Shown here: positions 19,344 through 28,826 of the stretch, one piece after another
Layout of the letters: each line of letters starts with the position of its first letter
How positions within the stretch are numbered: position 1 is the stretch's first letter
NCBI GenBank assembly: GCA_963710585.1
Contig: CAVQAM010000003.1
Coordinates: 32,371 to 96,370, forward strand
Direction of reading: 5' to 3'
DNA length: 64,000 nucleotides
Origin: an uncultured Acidobacteriaceae bacterium
Lineage (GTDB): Bacteria > Acidobacteriota > Terriglobia > Terriglobales > Acidobacteriaceae
Made by a program: the position numbers and the translations under genes
Notes under the pieces: generated by a model
Told to the model about the DNA's origin: nothing
Database searches by the model: none
Seen by the model: only the letters and a program-made list of their open reading frames with translations

Positions 19344-21212
19344 CTAAGGAACCGCACCAGCCGCTTGAGGTTCTGCACCGTCGCTGCCAGATAGAACTGT
19401 TCGCCTACGAACCGTAGTCTGCGCAGCGATGATCCTGTCTACGGCCGCCGGAATAGAAGCGCTCATGACCTGCTGTGATTCAGGCGCGGCCACGACCTGG
19501 TCGCGACCGTCTACCTTGGCGTTGTACGGTTCCAAAAACTCAGATGGGCCTTCGACGCAAACCATCTGCACAGAATAAGAAGAGACTCGAGCGCCAGGCG
19601 TGGCAATGAGAAGTATCTTCCCAGTGTCGGAGGGCAGGACGCCCATCGCTCGATTTTTCCCACCCCCCTTGGCTTCATAGACTCCGCGATCGGCCAACTT
19701 GAGAACGGTTTCCAAGGGTACTTCATCGGGTCTGTCGGGATACCATGGGAAGGCCGTCCAACCGATGGAGCAAGTCTGGCGAATTTCGAGGCCGGCACTT
19801 GCCACTCCCGCTTTTGGGTTTCCAACGGCAGTCAAGATCCGCGATGCAAAGGCCGCTGCTTCCGCCCGATTTGAATACCGGGACACGATCAGGAATTCAT
19901 CACCGCCCCAGCGGACTACGACGTCGGAGCTGCGGATCACGGAATTGATTCGCCTAATCAGGTTCACCAGGACCTTATCTCCGATATCGTGTCCGTAGCG
20001 ATCATTGACTTCCTTGAAATCGTCGAGATCGACCAGATAGAAGATCAGGTCATTAGCACCAGGCTTTCGGGGCGCCGAGTAAGACCGTAGGACCTGACTC
20101 GCGTCGCCGGAAACGATAGCGTCAAAGAATCTCCGGTTTCGAACCCCCGTAAGAGGATCTGTTAAGGAAACTTCCTGGAGTACCTCGTTGGCCTTGGCCA
20201 ATTCAGCCCTGAGCTGGCGCTGTTTTGCAAATACCAGAAAAGCCATCACCAGCATTGTGCCCAGCGTAACCAGCCCTCGGAACTGGTTGACCTGCGAAGG
20301 CGTATTCCGATTGAGAACCGCCCATGCGCCAATAACAGGCAGTGACAACACCGCTAGCATTCCCAGCTCCGTCACATGAAGGCGCGCTCGTGATTCTTCC
20401 GAAGCCGCCGCAGTGCTTGGCAGCGTGAGGCCGAGGAATCCGACAACCGTGAATGATGCCACGGCGACCGAGTAGGGGACGTCGTACCAACTGCCCGGAT
20501 AGTAAGAATTTTTGCTAATTGCATGGTTCGCCAGGTAACTGGCCCCCGTCATGAGCAGCTGTGCTCCGAAGAGACTCGCATAGAACCACTTCCACGATCC
20601 GAAACCGCGCTTCCACAAAAACCCGAGCATCAACAGCAGCACAACAGCCAGCAGACCATTCAGCCGGTCATAGTTCTCACCATATCTTGCCGTGCCAGTG
20701 ACGACATATTGCCAGGGAATCACGAAGATCACGTAGAGATAGAGCCACCATAGGAGCAGCAAGATAAAACCCATGCGACCCTGTGACTTGCGATCCTCAA
20801 CCGGATCCAGAGGGGGCTGCAACAGCAGAGCTGCTAAGAAGGGAATACTTGATAGGAATAACAAGATGTCGCCGACAAATGGGTTGGGTACTTCCCTGCG
20901 CAGCACAAGATCAAAATACATCCAGATAACCTGGCAGATAGTCCGGGCTCCCCAAGATGCCGCCAGCATCATCCAAAACAATCGGGTTGGTCTCGGGCGT
21001 GCTCTCGCGTTTACTAGGAAAACAACCGTCGCCGACAAGATGAGAGGAAACTGAATAACGTCATTGATCAGAGTGAGCGAATACGAGCGAGGAACAAAGA
21101 CCGTCGCGGCAAGCTGCCCCAACGTCAAAAAAACAACCAGGGCAGCCCACAATTTCAAGTGATGTCGCGGATCTGGAGTTCCCGGTTTCGATAACGAAAA
21201 TTCAGTAGCCAT
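19344..21212 (-). CDS. Polytopic membrane GGDEF-domain diguanylate cyclase
   Basis: About 9-10 N-terminal hydrophobic segments, then the GGDEF domain (DDFKEVNDRYGHDIGD...RWGGDEFLIV...RGVYEAKGGGKNR). Confidence 0.85.
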   Translation of the reverse strand: MATEFSLSKPGTPDPRHHLKLWAALVVFLTLGQLAATVFVPRSYSLTLINDVIQFPLILSATVVFLVNARARPRPTRLFWMMLAASWGARTICQVIWMYFDLVLRREVPNPFVGDILLFLSSIPFLAALLLQPPLDPVEDRKSQGRMGFILLLLWWLYLYVIFVIPWQYVVTGTARYGENYDRLNGLLAVVLLLMLGFLWKRGFGSWKWFYASLFGAQLLMTGASYLANHAISKNSYYPGSWYDVPYSVAVASFTVVGFLGLTLPSTAAASEESRARLHVTELGMLAVLSLPVIGAWAVLNRNTPSQVNQFRGLVTLGTMLVMAFLVFAKQRQLRAELAKANEVLQEVSLTDPLTGVRNRRFFDAIVSGDASQVLRSYSAPRKPGANDLIFYLVDLDDFKEVNDRYGHDIGDKVLVNLIRRINSVIRSSDVVVRWGGDEFLIVSRYSNRAEAAAFASRILTAVGNPKAGVASAGLEIRQTCSIGWTAFPWYPDRPDEVPLETVLKLADRGVYEAKGGGKNRAMGVLPSDTGKILLIATPGARVSSYSVQMVCVEGPSEFLEPYNAKVDGRDQVVAAPESQQVMSASIPAAVDRIIAAQTTVRRRTVLSGSDGAEPQAAGAVP

Positions 21213-21503
21213 CTCTTTCGGCCAGTTCTCGTTTGGCCTTGGCTGCGGTGTTCGGCTCGTGATCGCAACACCTAACCTGGTTCCCGAGAGCCTAGCGAGG
21301 GGCCGCCTATTCCCCCTGACGAAGTGGCTTACCTTACTAGCCAGACGGTCGAGTCACCGCAATTGCAAATCCCCATCTGTGATGGCTCTCGGGAACAAAT
21401 TGGGTAGAGCAAGTGACTGTCCACAGGAGGCCGGGAGAAGGGAAATGAAGGGTCTTGTTATCAGTAGCTTAGAAGGCTCGGTCGGAAGCAGCGACAGATA
21501 CCA

Positions 21504-21929
21504 ATGAGGAGAAGTGCTTCTTCCTCGGATAGTGTGCGGGATTGGTACACAGGTTTGTTCTTCCAAGCGGACGTAGAAATCCCGCGCCTCAGGATTTGTA
21601 GTGTGACTTGCGGCGAGCGACTTTCCCACGGAAGTAATCCACGGCGTCCGGCTAACGGGCTGACCGGGGATCAAGCGCGCTGGACGTTGCATCTGAATCC
21701 ATTCTTTGGCGCGCTCAGGGCCGTCGAGGTAACAAGTCAGCTTGTGGCTCGCTATATCGACTCCAGGCAGCAAGAGGGCGCAGAGAATGCGACCATCAAC
21801 CGAGAATTGGCCGCGATCGAACCTATGTTCAATCTTGCACGTCAGTCCACGCCTCCCAAGGTTACGGCGGTGCCGTATATCGCCATGCTTCGGGAAGCCA
21901 ACATCAGAACTACTTCGAAGGTCAACTAG
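21504..21929 (+). pseudogene. Tyrosine integrase fragment (N-terminal SAM-like region fused to last codons; catalytic domain deleted)
   Basis: From about 21680, ARWTLHLNPFFGALRAVEVTSQLVARYIDSRQQEGAENATINRELAAIEPMFNLARQSTPPKV parallels residues of integrase 28823-29974. It then jumps to a ...KVN* tail next to tRNA half-copy b. Confidence 0.65.
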
Positions 21930-21951
21930 CTGTGTGTGAATGGGTTGGAGT

Positions 21952-22012
21952 TGGTGCCGGGAGGGGGGGTCGAACCCCCACGAGGTGATAAGCCTCGGCG
22001 GATTTTGAGTCC
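21952..22012 (-). repeat. tRNA-Leu(CAA) 3'-half copy (att-type repeat b, identical)
   Basis: 61 nt identical to 30009-30069 (3' CCA through the 5' strand of the anticodon stem). Confidence 0.8.
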
Positions 22013-22411
22013 TGCCACGTCGATTCCTAAGCCCCTAATTTACCCACCTTTGCAAAGACTTGCAAGAAACGGGTGTTACGTTCGGTGACGTTCTGTTACG
22101 TCCTGCATCGTCCTGTTGGGCACAAATTGGGCACGCCTGACCGGCTTCTCGAAAGCGTAATCAATTACCTCAATCGGCAGTGATCTGGCAACGCGACTGG
22201 TGCGTCAATCACTATCCTCCGTACCAGACGTCACTGACAAACCACCAGCCGCAGGCTTCAGATTCTGGCAAGGCTTCAATACGAAGCCGCCGGGCAGCGG
22301 TACCTCGGCTGCGGCTCGTTCCACTTTTACAAACTCGGCGAGCGGCGTGCCGGATGACCGACTGCGGTTTCCGCAGTCGGAATAGCAGCGAGAGCCAATG
22401 TACTGCACTAA

Positions 22412-24307
22412 ATGCTCATTGTCGGGGACGGCCAGTGGACACACAGCAGCGAAAGCGAGGCAATCGAGTGGTTGCAGGCTGCGACCTGCATCCTGCCCCG
22501 GGGAGACGACCACATGACATTCCTAATTTTAGGCGGGGATTTTGGTAGTAACCGGGCCGGCATACTCCACAGCCGCGGGATATTCTCTAAAACCTATGAG
22601 GTTCGCATGCCGAGGGTTTCGATGTGGGCCCCGCGTGAGCGCATCCCGTCCGGGCAGATTGCAAGTTTGGAAATCGCCACCCAGGAACATTTGAAGGAAA
22701 TGGCGGGAGTATTGGCCGGGGGCATAGTGGGCGCGGTGTTCTTCGGCCCCATCGGATTACTGGCTGGCATGCTTTCCGGCGGCGATAAAACTGCGGTCAC
22801 TTTTATCTGCAGATTCAGGGATGGTCGCAGGTTCCTGGGGCGGTGTGACGCCGCCACTTACGCCGAGTTTCAGGCGGCGAGCCTTGCCAGGGCACCGGCA
22901 CCCATCGTGCCGGCGCCGCCACCGCAACTCGGTTTTTGCTGCGCCTGCGGCAAGCCGCTGTCGGGCGCATTTTGTTGTTGGTGCGGGGTGAGCGCCTCTC
23001 TTACAAACTCGGCGAGCGGCCCGGTGCCTGATGAACGACTGCGGTTTCCGCAGTCGGAATGGGAGCGAGAGCCAATGTACTGCAATAAATGCGGCAAAGA
23101 GACTCTGCCTGGAGCAGCATTCTGTCGCTTCTGCGGTCAAGCGGTAGAACCGCGAACGGTAACCTCTTCTCAAGCGTCTCCGGTGACGGCCAAGGCGGTA
23201 CAGCCCCAAATGTTCTCGCCCACGGTCAACAAAGGTAAGATGCCATGGGTTCGCAGACACCCAGTGCTAACCTCAATGGCTGGCCTCTTTATCTTTCTCT
23301 ACATCGTTGGGTTAATCATCGGGCCTGAGAAACCGGCTTCAACCACCGCGCAAGCCCAGCGCCCCACCGCTGCACCCGCTGCACCGACCGACCCTAATGG
23401 GTGGTTGGATGAAAAAGCGCATGCGGAATTCCAAGCAGCGGAACGGTACGCTGCTTCTCCTGAAGGTAAAAGGGACGCAGATAAGGCTCTTGATCCTGAG
23501 GAGCAGCAAAGACGGGAGAGGGCTAGGCAGCTCCCGGATGCGAAGTTTAGAAACGAAGAAGGGATGTTAAATTTACCCACCCTAGTGGGATGCAGCGGTG
23601 CGGGTGGAACTCTTGTTCCGGGTAACGGTATGCCTGCGACGACCGTTCATCATTCGTGTGAGCGTGATGGGAAGATGGTGGATGACACAGACGTATTGAT
23701 ACTTCGTTGCGGACAACCCGACAAAGATGAGATTCTCGATGATTGGCTCTTTCCCGGGCAGGGGGGGACACGGCGACAGCTAGTCTACGATAAAAATAAT
23801 ATAGCGTTCACTTTCACGCAAGACAAGGAGAATAAGTACACATCCAATGAGTGGCAGGAAGACATAATTCTTGATACTCGTACAAATGAGCGAATAAATG
23901 CAGGTATACCGCCTACTTGGAAGGGAAGTGATGCCGCAGCAGATAAGAAGCTGGAAGATATGATGCCCTGCGCTCTGTTGGATAATCAAGACCCGCGAGT
24001 GAAGGCCCACCTTGACGCGAAAAGCAATGCGATAGCGACTGCTGAGATGGATCAGATCAAGCTTAGAAAAGACGAGGGAGACACGGCCAAAGCAGCCTGC
24101 GCTGTAGCCGTGAAACAGTCTGTAAATCTGCCTGTTTCCCTCACCTATGTGGACGACTACGCGATATACAAGAATGGAAGCTTTCAAGCCTTCACATCGG
24201 CCAATGTGACAAATGCATTCGGCGTAAAGGTTCGCACCACATTCCGCTGCACAGTGCAATGCTCCAGTAAGGACAGCTGCTTCGCAACTGACATCAACGT
24301 GCAGTAA
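22412..24307 (+). CDS. Hypothetical membrane protein with two zinc-ribbon motifs (island cargo)
   Basis: Zinc-ribbon pairs FCCACGKPLSGAFCCWCG and MYCNKCGKETLPGAAFCRFCG; one TM helix VLTSMAGLFIFLYIVGLIIG; Pro/Ala linker; AT-richer C-terminal domain. Start uncertain (22412 vs ATG 22514). Confidence 0.5.
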   Translation: MLIVGDGQWTHSSESEAIEWLQAATCILPRGDDHMTFLILGGDFGSNRAGILHSRGIFSKTYEVRMPRVSMWAPRERIPSGQIASLEIATQEHLKEMAGVLAGGIVGAVFFGPIGLLAGMLSGGDKTAVTFICRFRDGRRFLGRCDAATYAEFQAASLARAPAPIVPAPPPQLGFCCACGKPLSGAFCCWCGVSASLTNSASGPVPDERLRFPQSEWEREPMYCNKCGKETLPGAAFCRFCGQAVEPRTVTSSQASPVTAKAVQPQMFSPTVNKGKMPWVRRHPVLTSMAGLFIFLYIVGLIIGPEKPASTTAQAQRPTAAPAAPTDPNGWLDEKAHAEFQAAERYAASPEGKRDADKALDPEEQQRRERARQLPDAKFRNEEGMLNLPTLVGCSGAGGTLVPGNGMPATTVHHSCERDGKMVDDTDVLILRCGQPDKDEILDDWLFPGQGGTRRQLVYDKNNIAFTFTQDKENKYTSNEWQEDIILDTRTNERINAGIPPTWKGSDAAADKKLEDMMPCALLDNQDPRVKAHLDAKSNAIATAEMDQIKLRKDEGDTAKAACAVAVKQSVNLPVSLTYVDDYAIYKNGSFQAFTSANVTNAFGVKVRTTFRCTVQCSSKDSCFATDINVQ

Positions 24308-24469
24308 GGCAAACGCAGCAATAGCTCAGCACACCCAAACCAGGGCTAGACTGTGTCCACGGACTGGCCGTCTGAATCGCTGGCGTCCAACTTACAGTGA
24401 AGATCCTGCAAAAACAAGCAAGCTTGCGATGAATCGGCCAATGAAACCCGTCCAGTGGGTCAACGCCAT

Positions 24470-24775
24470 TCATTTGCTCTCGGGCATTGGGCTATCAACG
24501 ATGTGCCAGGTCACCGCTGGCTGAATCAAAGGTGCGCCATCCGGCCCGGAATGCTCCAGTGGCTGCTTTGGTTTTCCGTCTCGCATGAGGGTTAGGAACT
24601 TCAACGCATCCAGTGAGATACGCGCATTTTCAGAATTGATATGCCGCAACCAGATTTGATTTTCATCAATCTGGGCCAAAATCATAGCCGCGGTTACTTT
24701 GTCGATCCTGGCTAGGATCGTCTTTGGGTTCTTTGCTTTGCGCCCAGAACCGGGACGCTTACCGCCGCGTGGCAT
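24470..24775 (-). CDS. Hypothetical small protein with basic N-terminus
   Basis: 101-aa ORF (MPRGGKRPGSGRKAKNPK...); no recognisable family. Confidence 0.35.
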   Translation of the reverse strand: MPRGGKRPGSGRKAKNPKTILARIDKVTAAMILAQIDENQIWLRHINSENARISLDALKFLTLMRDGKPKQPLEHSGPDGAPLIQPAVTWHIVDSPMPESK

Positions 24776-25147
24776 AGTTTGAAAACTTCGATGTTTCTCG
24801 GGGAAATCAAACTTTCATTCGTCAACCAGTTGCATGACCTGCGGACCCCAGCTGCGCCGGCGCGGAGTGGTCCGTTGCTGTCCGCGAACTTTCCGTTCCA
24901 CATATTGGAGAGTCACACCAACAGCCCGACAGCAATCAAACCAAGATGCTTGTCGGGCATGCGAAAGGCTAGCTAGCCCGGACCACGGGTTGAGCCGATG
25001 ATGGCCTCTGTCAAAGTGAACTGACCTGCCCTGTTACTAGCCGTGCAAAAGCACAAGGCACGGGTGTTTCTCCTGGGTGCTGACTGCGCCCGATGCAGGT
25101 TCAAGTCAATTTGAAAGATTCCGCCGTGGGAAAGCTCACCACGAGGC

Positions 25148-25747
25148 TCAAACCGTTCGCGCCAGCAACGCTGAGAGCCAATTCGGAGAAGAGCAAGCAT
25201 ACGCTTTTTCGGCATTGTGGCAGAGTCGGATGTACGTGCGCCAGTGCATCCATTTTGGTTTCTCTGGGAATGATCCTATGCCTGGATGCCCGCCAAGCCT
25301 CACACGGATGTTCTGGCAACGGCTCAGGGCCCGCTCGTATGGCTGCTCATGTTGGCTCTCGTAATTGAGCCTGTGGCAGTGACGACAGGCGAAAATGCCC
25401 CCGCTATAGAGAATGGCGACCCGGCGGCCGCATGCCAAGGCCGGACAGCGAAACCAGGGCCGCTGTCCGCCATAGTTGCAAGAGGTGCGCTCAAGCGTTA
25501 CAGGGTAGTCTTCCGATTTCCAATCCTCACCGGGACGGCGATGACGATACAACAGACGCACATGGTCCCACTCGGTCCGAATGTCGATGAATGCGAATGC
25601 CTCACCGTTGCGCGACCATGTCAATTTGTAGCTTCTGCCGGGCTGCAAAAGACCGTCACGCTGCAAGCGCCGCACATCCAACGCGAGGTAATCGAAAGTT
25701 GTATCCTTGCCACTGCCCCAGTGCCGTCCGCTGCCGATCCCGCCCAC
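25148..25747 (-). CDS. Hypothetical Cys-rich (zinc-finger-like) protein common on integrative elements
   Basis: 199 aa with CNYGGQRPWFRCP..CGRRV...FACRHCH; a coherent ORF with no named family. Confidence 0.45.
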   Translation of the reverse strand: MGGIGSGRHWGSGKDTTFDYLALDVRRLQRDGLLQPGRSYKLTWSRNGEAFAFIDIRTEWDHVRLLYRHRRPGEDWKSEDYPVTLERTSCNYGGQRPWFRCPALACGRRVAILYSGGIFACRHCHRLNYESQHEQPYERALSRCQNIRVRLGGHPGIGSFPEKPKWMHWRTYIRLCHNAEKAYACSSPNWLSALLARTV

Positions 25748-25987
25748 GCTATGATTCCCTCATTCTGTCGAAATCATTAGGCAACTTTGCCGTTTCTGCC
25801 GCTGTTAATCAAATCTGGTCAGGGCCTTTCTGAGCCGTTTCTCTCGTGCTAAATTGAGCGTAGCACTAAGCGCAAAACCCGGATAGCTGCCGACTGATCA
25901 TCGGCGGCAATAAGGCGGGAAGCCTTCCCGCTCCCGCCTTCCAGGTCATTCCACATCAAGCGGGAAGGTCACTCGGGAAGGTGACGA

Positions 25988-26782
25988 TTGGGCGTCGATA
26001 ACGAGTTCTCCGCAGAGCTTTGCTTAGCGTGTCGGCATCTCAGGATGTTCCATCGATCAGACGTGGGTGCCTGCTTTGCTGATCCCCACAAGAACTATGC
26101 TCCTTCTGAATCAAAGGGCTACGCACTAGCGGATTTTAAGGTCAGAAAAGAACTTGGCATCGAATGCTGGTGCGTCGCATTCACGAGTGACCCAGAGCAA
26201 GCGAGCGCAATCATTCTCAAGCACGGTGATTGCACCGCTCTCCGGCGCGGTATCGAAGAGGCTTTGGCGAGAGGCGATGTGGAAAACGCACAGCGTCTCC
26301 GCACTAGGCTGATCCGCGAAACGTCAGAGGCAAACCGCGACGCTAGATGGCTGGATGATGTTTCGCAACGCATCAGTAGCCTACTTCAATCTCGCTCGCG
26401 CAATGCAGCGCAGATAAAAGAAACGGTCCCGCAATCGCGGGCTCACGAAAAGCCAGTAGCCGTCTTGAGCAATGACGTGCGCCTGGGCCGCAGACGCGCC
26501 AAACTGGTTGCGAAGCTCAGCGGTTCGCCGCTTCTGCGGAGATACCGTTCCGCGATAAGGCGCGCCATCCTAATTCAGTTGACCCAAAAACCTGATGCAA
26601 CCGACATCGAAGTATGCCGTGCGCTGGACGCCGACGGCGGCGTTGAGCTGCTGGAGAGTTGGAAGCGGAAGCCGGAAGATCGGCTGTTTGTAGAGGTCTA
26701 TTTGGATCCTCGCAGGCGAAACAAAATAGAGAGCCTAATTAGTAAGGTAAGGGCGGACCTGTCCAAAAGTGGGCTGCTCTAG
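25988..26782 (+). CDS. Hypothetical protein
   Basis: 264-aa ORF with a non-ATG start in the track; basic C-terminal half; no family recognised. Confidence 0.35.
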   Translation: MGVDNEFSAELCLACRHLRMFHRSDVGACFADPHKNYAPSESKGYALADFKVRKELGIECWCVAFTSDPEQASAIILKHGDCTALRRGIEEALARGDVENAQRLRTRLIRETSEANRDARWLDDVSQRISSLLQSRSRNAAQIKETVPQSRAHEKPVAVLSNDVRLGRRRAKLVAKLSGSPLLRRYRSAIRRAILIQLTQKPDATDIEVCRALDADGGVELLESWKRKPEDRLFVEVYLDPRRRNKIESLISKVRADLSKSGLL

Positions 26783-26976
26783 TCACTTTTTCACTTACCA
26801 CTCACTTACCACTGAGAAAATCGGCTCTTCTCAGTTTCCCACCATCACAACGCCGGGACCTGCCCGCCAAGAAAAATACTTGCCACTGACCAGTTACTAG
26901 CCTGCCAGCACCCAAGAAACCTGAGACAACCGTACTCGAAACCAAAAACTAAACCCCCGGCTGGCACCGGGGGAGA

Positions 26977-27216
26977 TTGGATTGTTCTTTGGACCAACAT
27001 CAGTATGCCTCAACGTCCCGTCGCACCGCAAGACGCTGTTTGGCGCGAGCGGTAACCCTCCTCAATCGCGCCGGGCGGCAATTGGATGGCGCAAGCCATG
27101 CATCACTCGATCGCTTCCACCGTGACCGTCTTCACTACTTCGCAACCGGACTCCGCGAACTGTCGCTCCCGCTGTCGCGCATAGCATCCGTCCTGGAGAA
27201 GGGAGGCGAGCTATGA
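26977..27216 (+). CDS. Hypothetical small protein, first gene of a translationally coupled trio
   Basis: Its stop overlaps the next start (ATGA at 27213-27216), and GGGAGG for the next gene lies inside its 3' end. Its own start is uncertain. Confidence 0.35.
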   Translation: MDCSLDQHQYASTSRRTARRCLARAVTLLNRAGRQLDGASHASLDRFHRDRLHYFATGLRELSLPLSRIASVLEKGGEL

Positions 27217-27485
27217 CGGGCGGACTCTGGCGAAACCACCGGAGCCACGGCGGATACACCCAAGCAGGCGTTTTGCTTTCGATGTTGCGTCAGGCGCGCG
27301 CCAGTGGTGTTCCTGTTGAACTCCCGCAGATCATGCTTGCGGGAATCGCACAGCACGGGGCTCGATTTAACGAACTCCGCAGACGCGGTTTCGAGATCGT
27401 CAACGAGACGAAGCGCGGTAGCGATGGCCGTGTGCTGTCGCGCTACTGGCTCCGCTTCGATCCTGAGCGGGATGCCAGCCTGTGA
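27213..27485 (+). CDS. Small winged-helix/HTH-like protein
   Basis: 90 aa; the pattern ...IAQHGARFNELRRRGFEIVNE... recurs in small DNA-binding proteins of prophages and islands (recollection only). Confidence 0.4.
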   Translation: MTGGLWRNHRSHGGYTQAGVLLSMLRQARASGVPVELPQIMLAGIAQHGARFNELRRRGFEIVNETKRGSDGRVLSRYWLRFDPERDASL

Positions 27486-28012
27486 AGCCAACCGCTCATA
27501 ACCAACAAGGTCCGGCGCGAGAGCGCCGGGCCATCCCCAAAATCGAATGGCGGGAGTATCCACTCATTCAGTCCCGTGAGTATCCCGCCTTTTGTCGATC
27601 GGCACAGCGTTATCGAGATCCGGCCTTTAGGCGCTGGACCTGCCTGCTGCGCTGGGACGTGCTCACAGACGATCTCTTGACGGTTATTGCCATAGTGCCG
27701 CAGTGGCTGCCGCTCGGTGACGGAGAGAAGCCGAGGGCGTCGCGGCGGGGGAAGTATCTGAAGGAATGGGTAAGAGCCAACGGCGGGCCGCCCAAGCGCG
27801 GTGATCGCCTTTCGTCGCGTGTGTTCACCCGGAGAATGGCGCGAGTCGAAGTTGGCGACACCGACCCTGAGAAAAGCCCCGTCCCGTACTCGGTTGTTCG
27901 CAGAATTGTGTCTTGGGAAACGGGCGCGGTTCCGGGTCACTCAGTCAGCAAGTCACACAGTCAAGGACGGCATGGATTAAATGCAGCGAAAGCGGGGAGT
28001 TGCCGGGAATGA
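27482..28012 (+). CDS. Hypothetical island protein
   Basis: 176 aa; GTGA overlap with the preceding gene; no family recognised. Confidence 0.4.
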   Translation: MKPTAHNQQGPARERRAIPKIEWREYPLIQSREYPAFCRSAQRYRDPAFRRWTCLLRWDVLTDDLLTVIAIVPQWLPLGDGEKPRASRRGKYLKEWVRANGGPPKRGDRLSSRVFTRRMARVEVGDTDPEKSPVPYSVVRRIVSWETGAVPGHSVSKSHSQGRHGLNAAKAGSCRE

Positions 28013-28351
28013 ATGGCAAGAAAAAAGTCGTGAGCGGGGGATGGGGGTGCGGGGAAAGGGGGCGGCATTTGAGCCCCCTGTCCCCGCTATCTGTGTCGAA
28101 GAGAAAATGTTTGGTTGTCCTCAAAAAAGGGTTCGGCCCTAGCCGGGGTCGAGGGTTGTACTTCACTCCAGCACACCCCAAGGGGCGGGCGTTCCGTTTG
28201 CGGTTCGCCCGTCAAAGGCAAAGACCGAGAAGCACGCAGCGGATTCATAATCCGTCGCGGCTTCTTTCGCCTCTCCAAGGGGCACGGAATCAATAGATTG
28301 CACGAGCGAGAAATCACTGTGCCTAGGCTGTGCCTAATCTTTCGAGGGTAG

Positions 28352-28564
28352 ATGCGCGTAACGAGTCACATCCCGAGACGGCTGCTGCGAACGAAAGAGG
28401 CGGCTCTGTATCTCGGTATGAGTCCTGGCAAGCTGCGACGGCTCACCCAGTCCGGTGAGTTGTCCATCATCCAGCACGACGAGCACTCACCCTGGTTGTA
28501 TGACCTTCACGATCTGGACAGCCACATTGAAAAATCCAAGCATAGGCTCTCACATTTTTCTTGA
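28352..28564 (+). CDS. Excisionase / AlpA-type HTH protein
   Basis: 70 aa; LLRTKEAALYLGMSPGKLRRLTQSGEL is a MerR/AlpA-like HTH; positioned just upstream of the integrase. Confidence 0.6.
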   Translation: MRVTSHIPRRLLRTKEAALYLGMSPGKLRRLTQSGELSIIQHDEHSPWLYDLHDLDSHIEKSKHRLSHFS

Positions 28565-28610
28565 CTACACACCTAGCGATAGCTTAGTATAAACACTGTA
28601 AGGAGGTGGC

Positions 28611-28826
28611 ATGGGTTCCAAGAAGAAAAACCCGAACGCGGTAGCTCTAGGCAGCCGGGGCGGAAAGGCACGGGCCGCCAGTCTCTCTGCTGCTGAGTTG
28701 TCCGCCATTGGCAAGAAAGGCGCTAAGGCACGCGCTAGCAAGGTATCAGCCACTGAGCGCAGCGAGATTGCACGCAAGGCAGTCTTGGCCCGCTGGGCGA
28801 AGGCAAAGAAACGGGAGGAACGATGA
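28611..28826 (+). CDS. Small lysine/alanine-rich protein with duplicated GGKARA..LS..E.S.I..K motif
   Basis: 71 aa; RBS GGAGG upstream; stop overlaps the integrase start (ATGA). Confidence 0.4.
   Translation: MGSKKKNPNAVALGSRGGKARAASLSAAELSAIGKKGAKARASKVSATERSEIARKAVLARWAKAKKREER

Noticed and set aside
28237-28257. Hairpin CGGATTCATAATCCG resembling an anticodon stem-loop with CAT
   Set aside because: The stem is only 5 bp with a 5-nt loop, there is no surrounding tRNA structure, and it is unrelated to the Leu(CAA) core used by this island.
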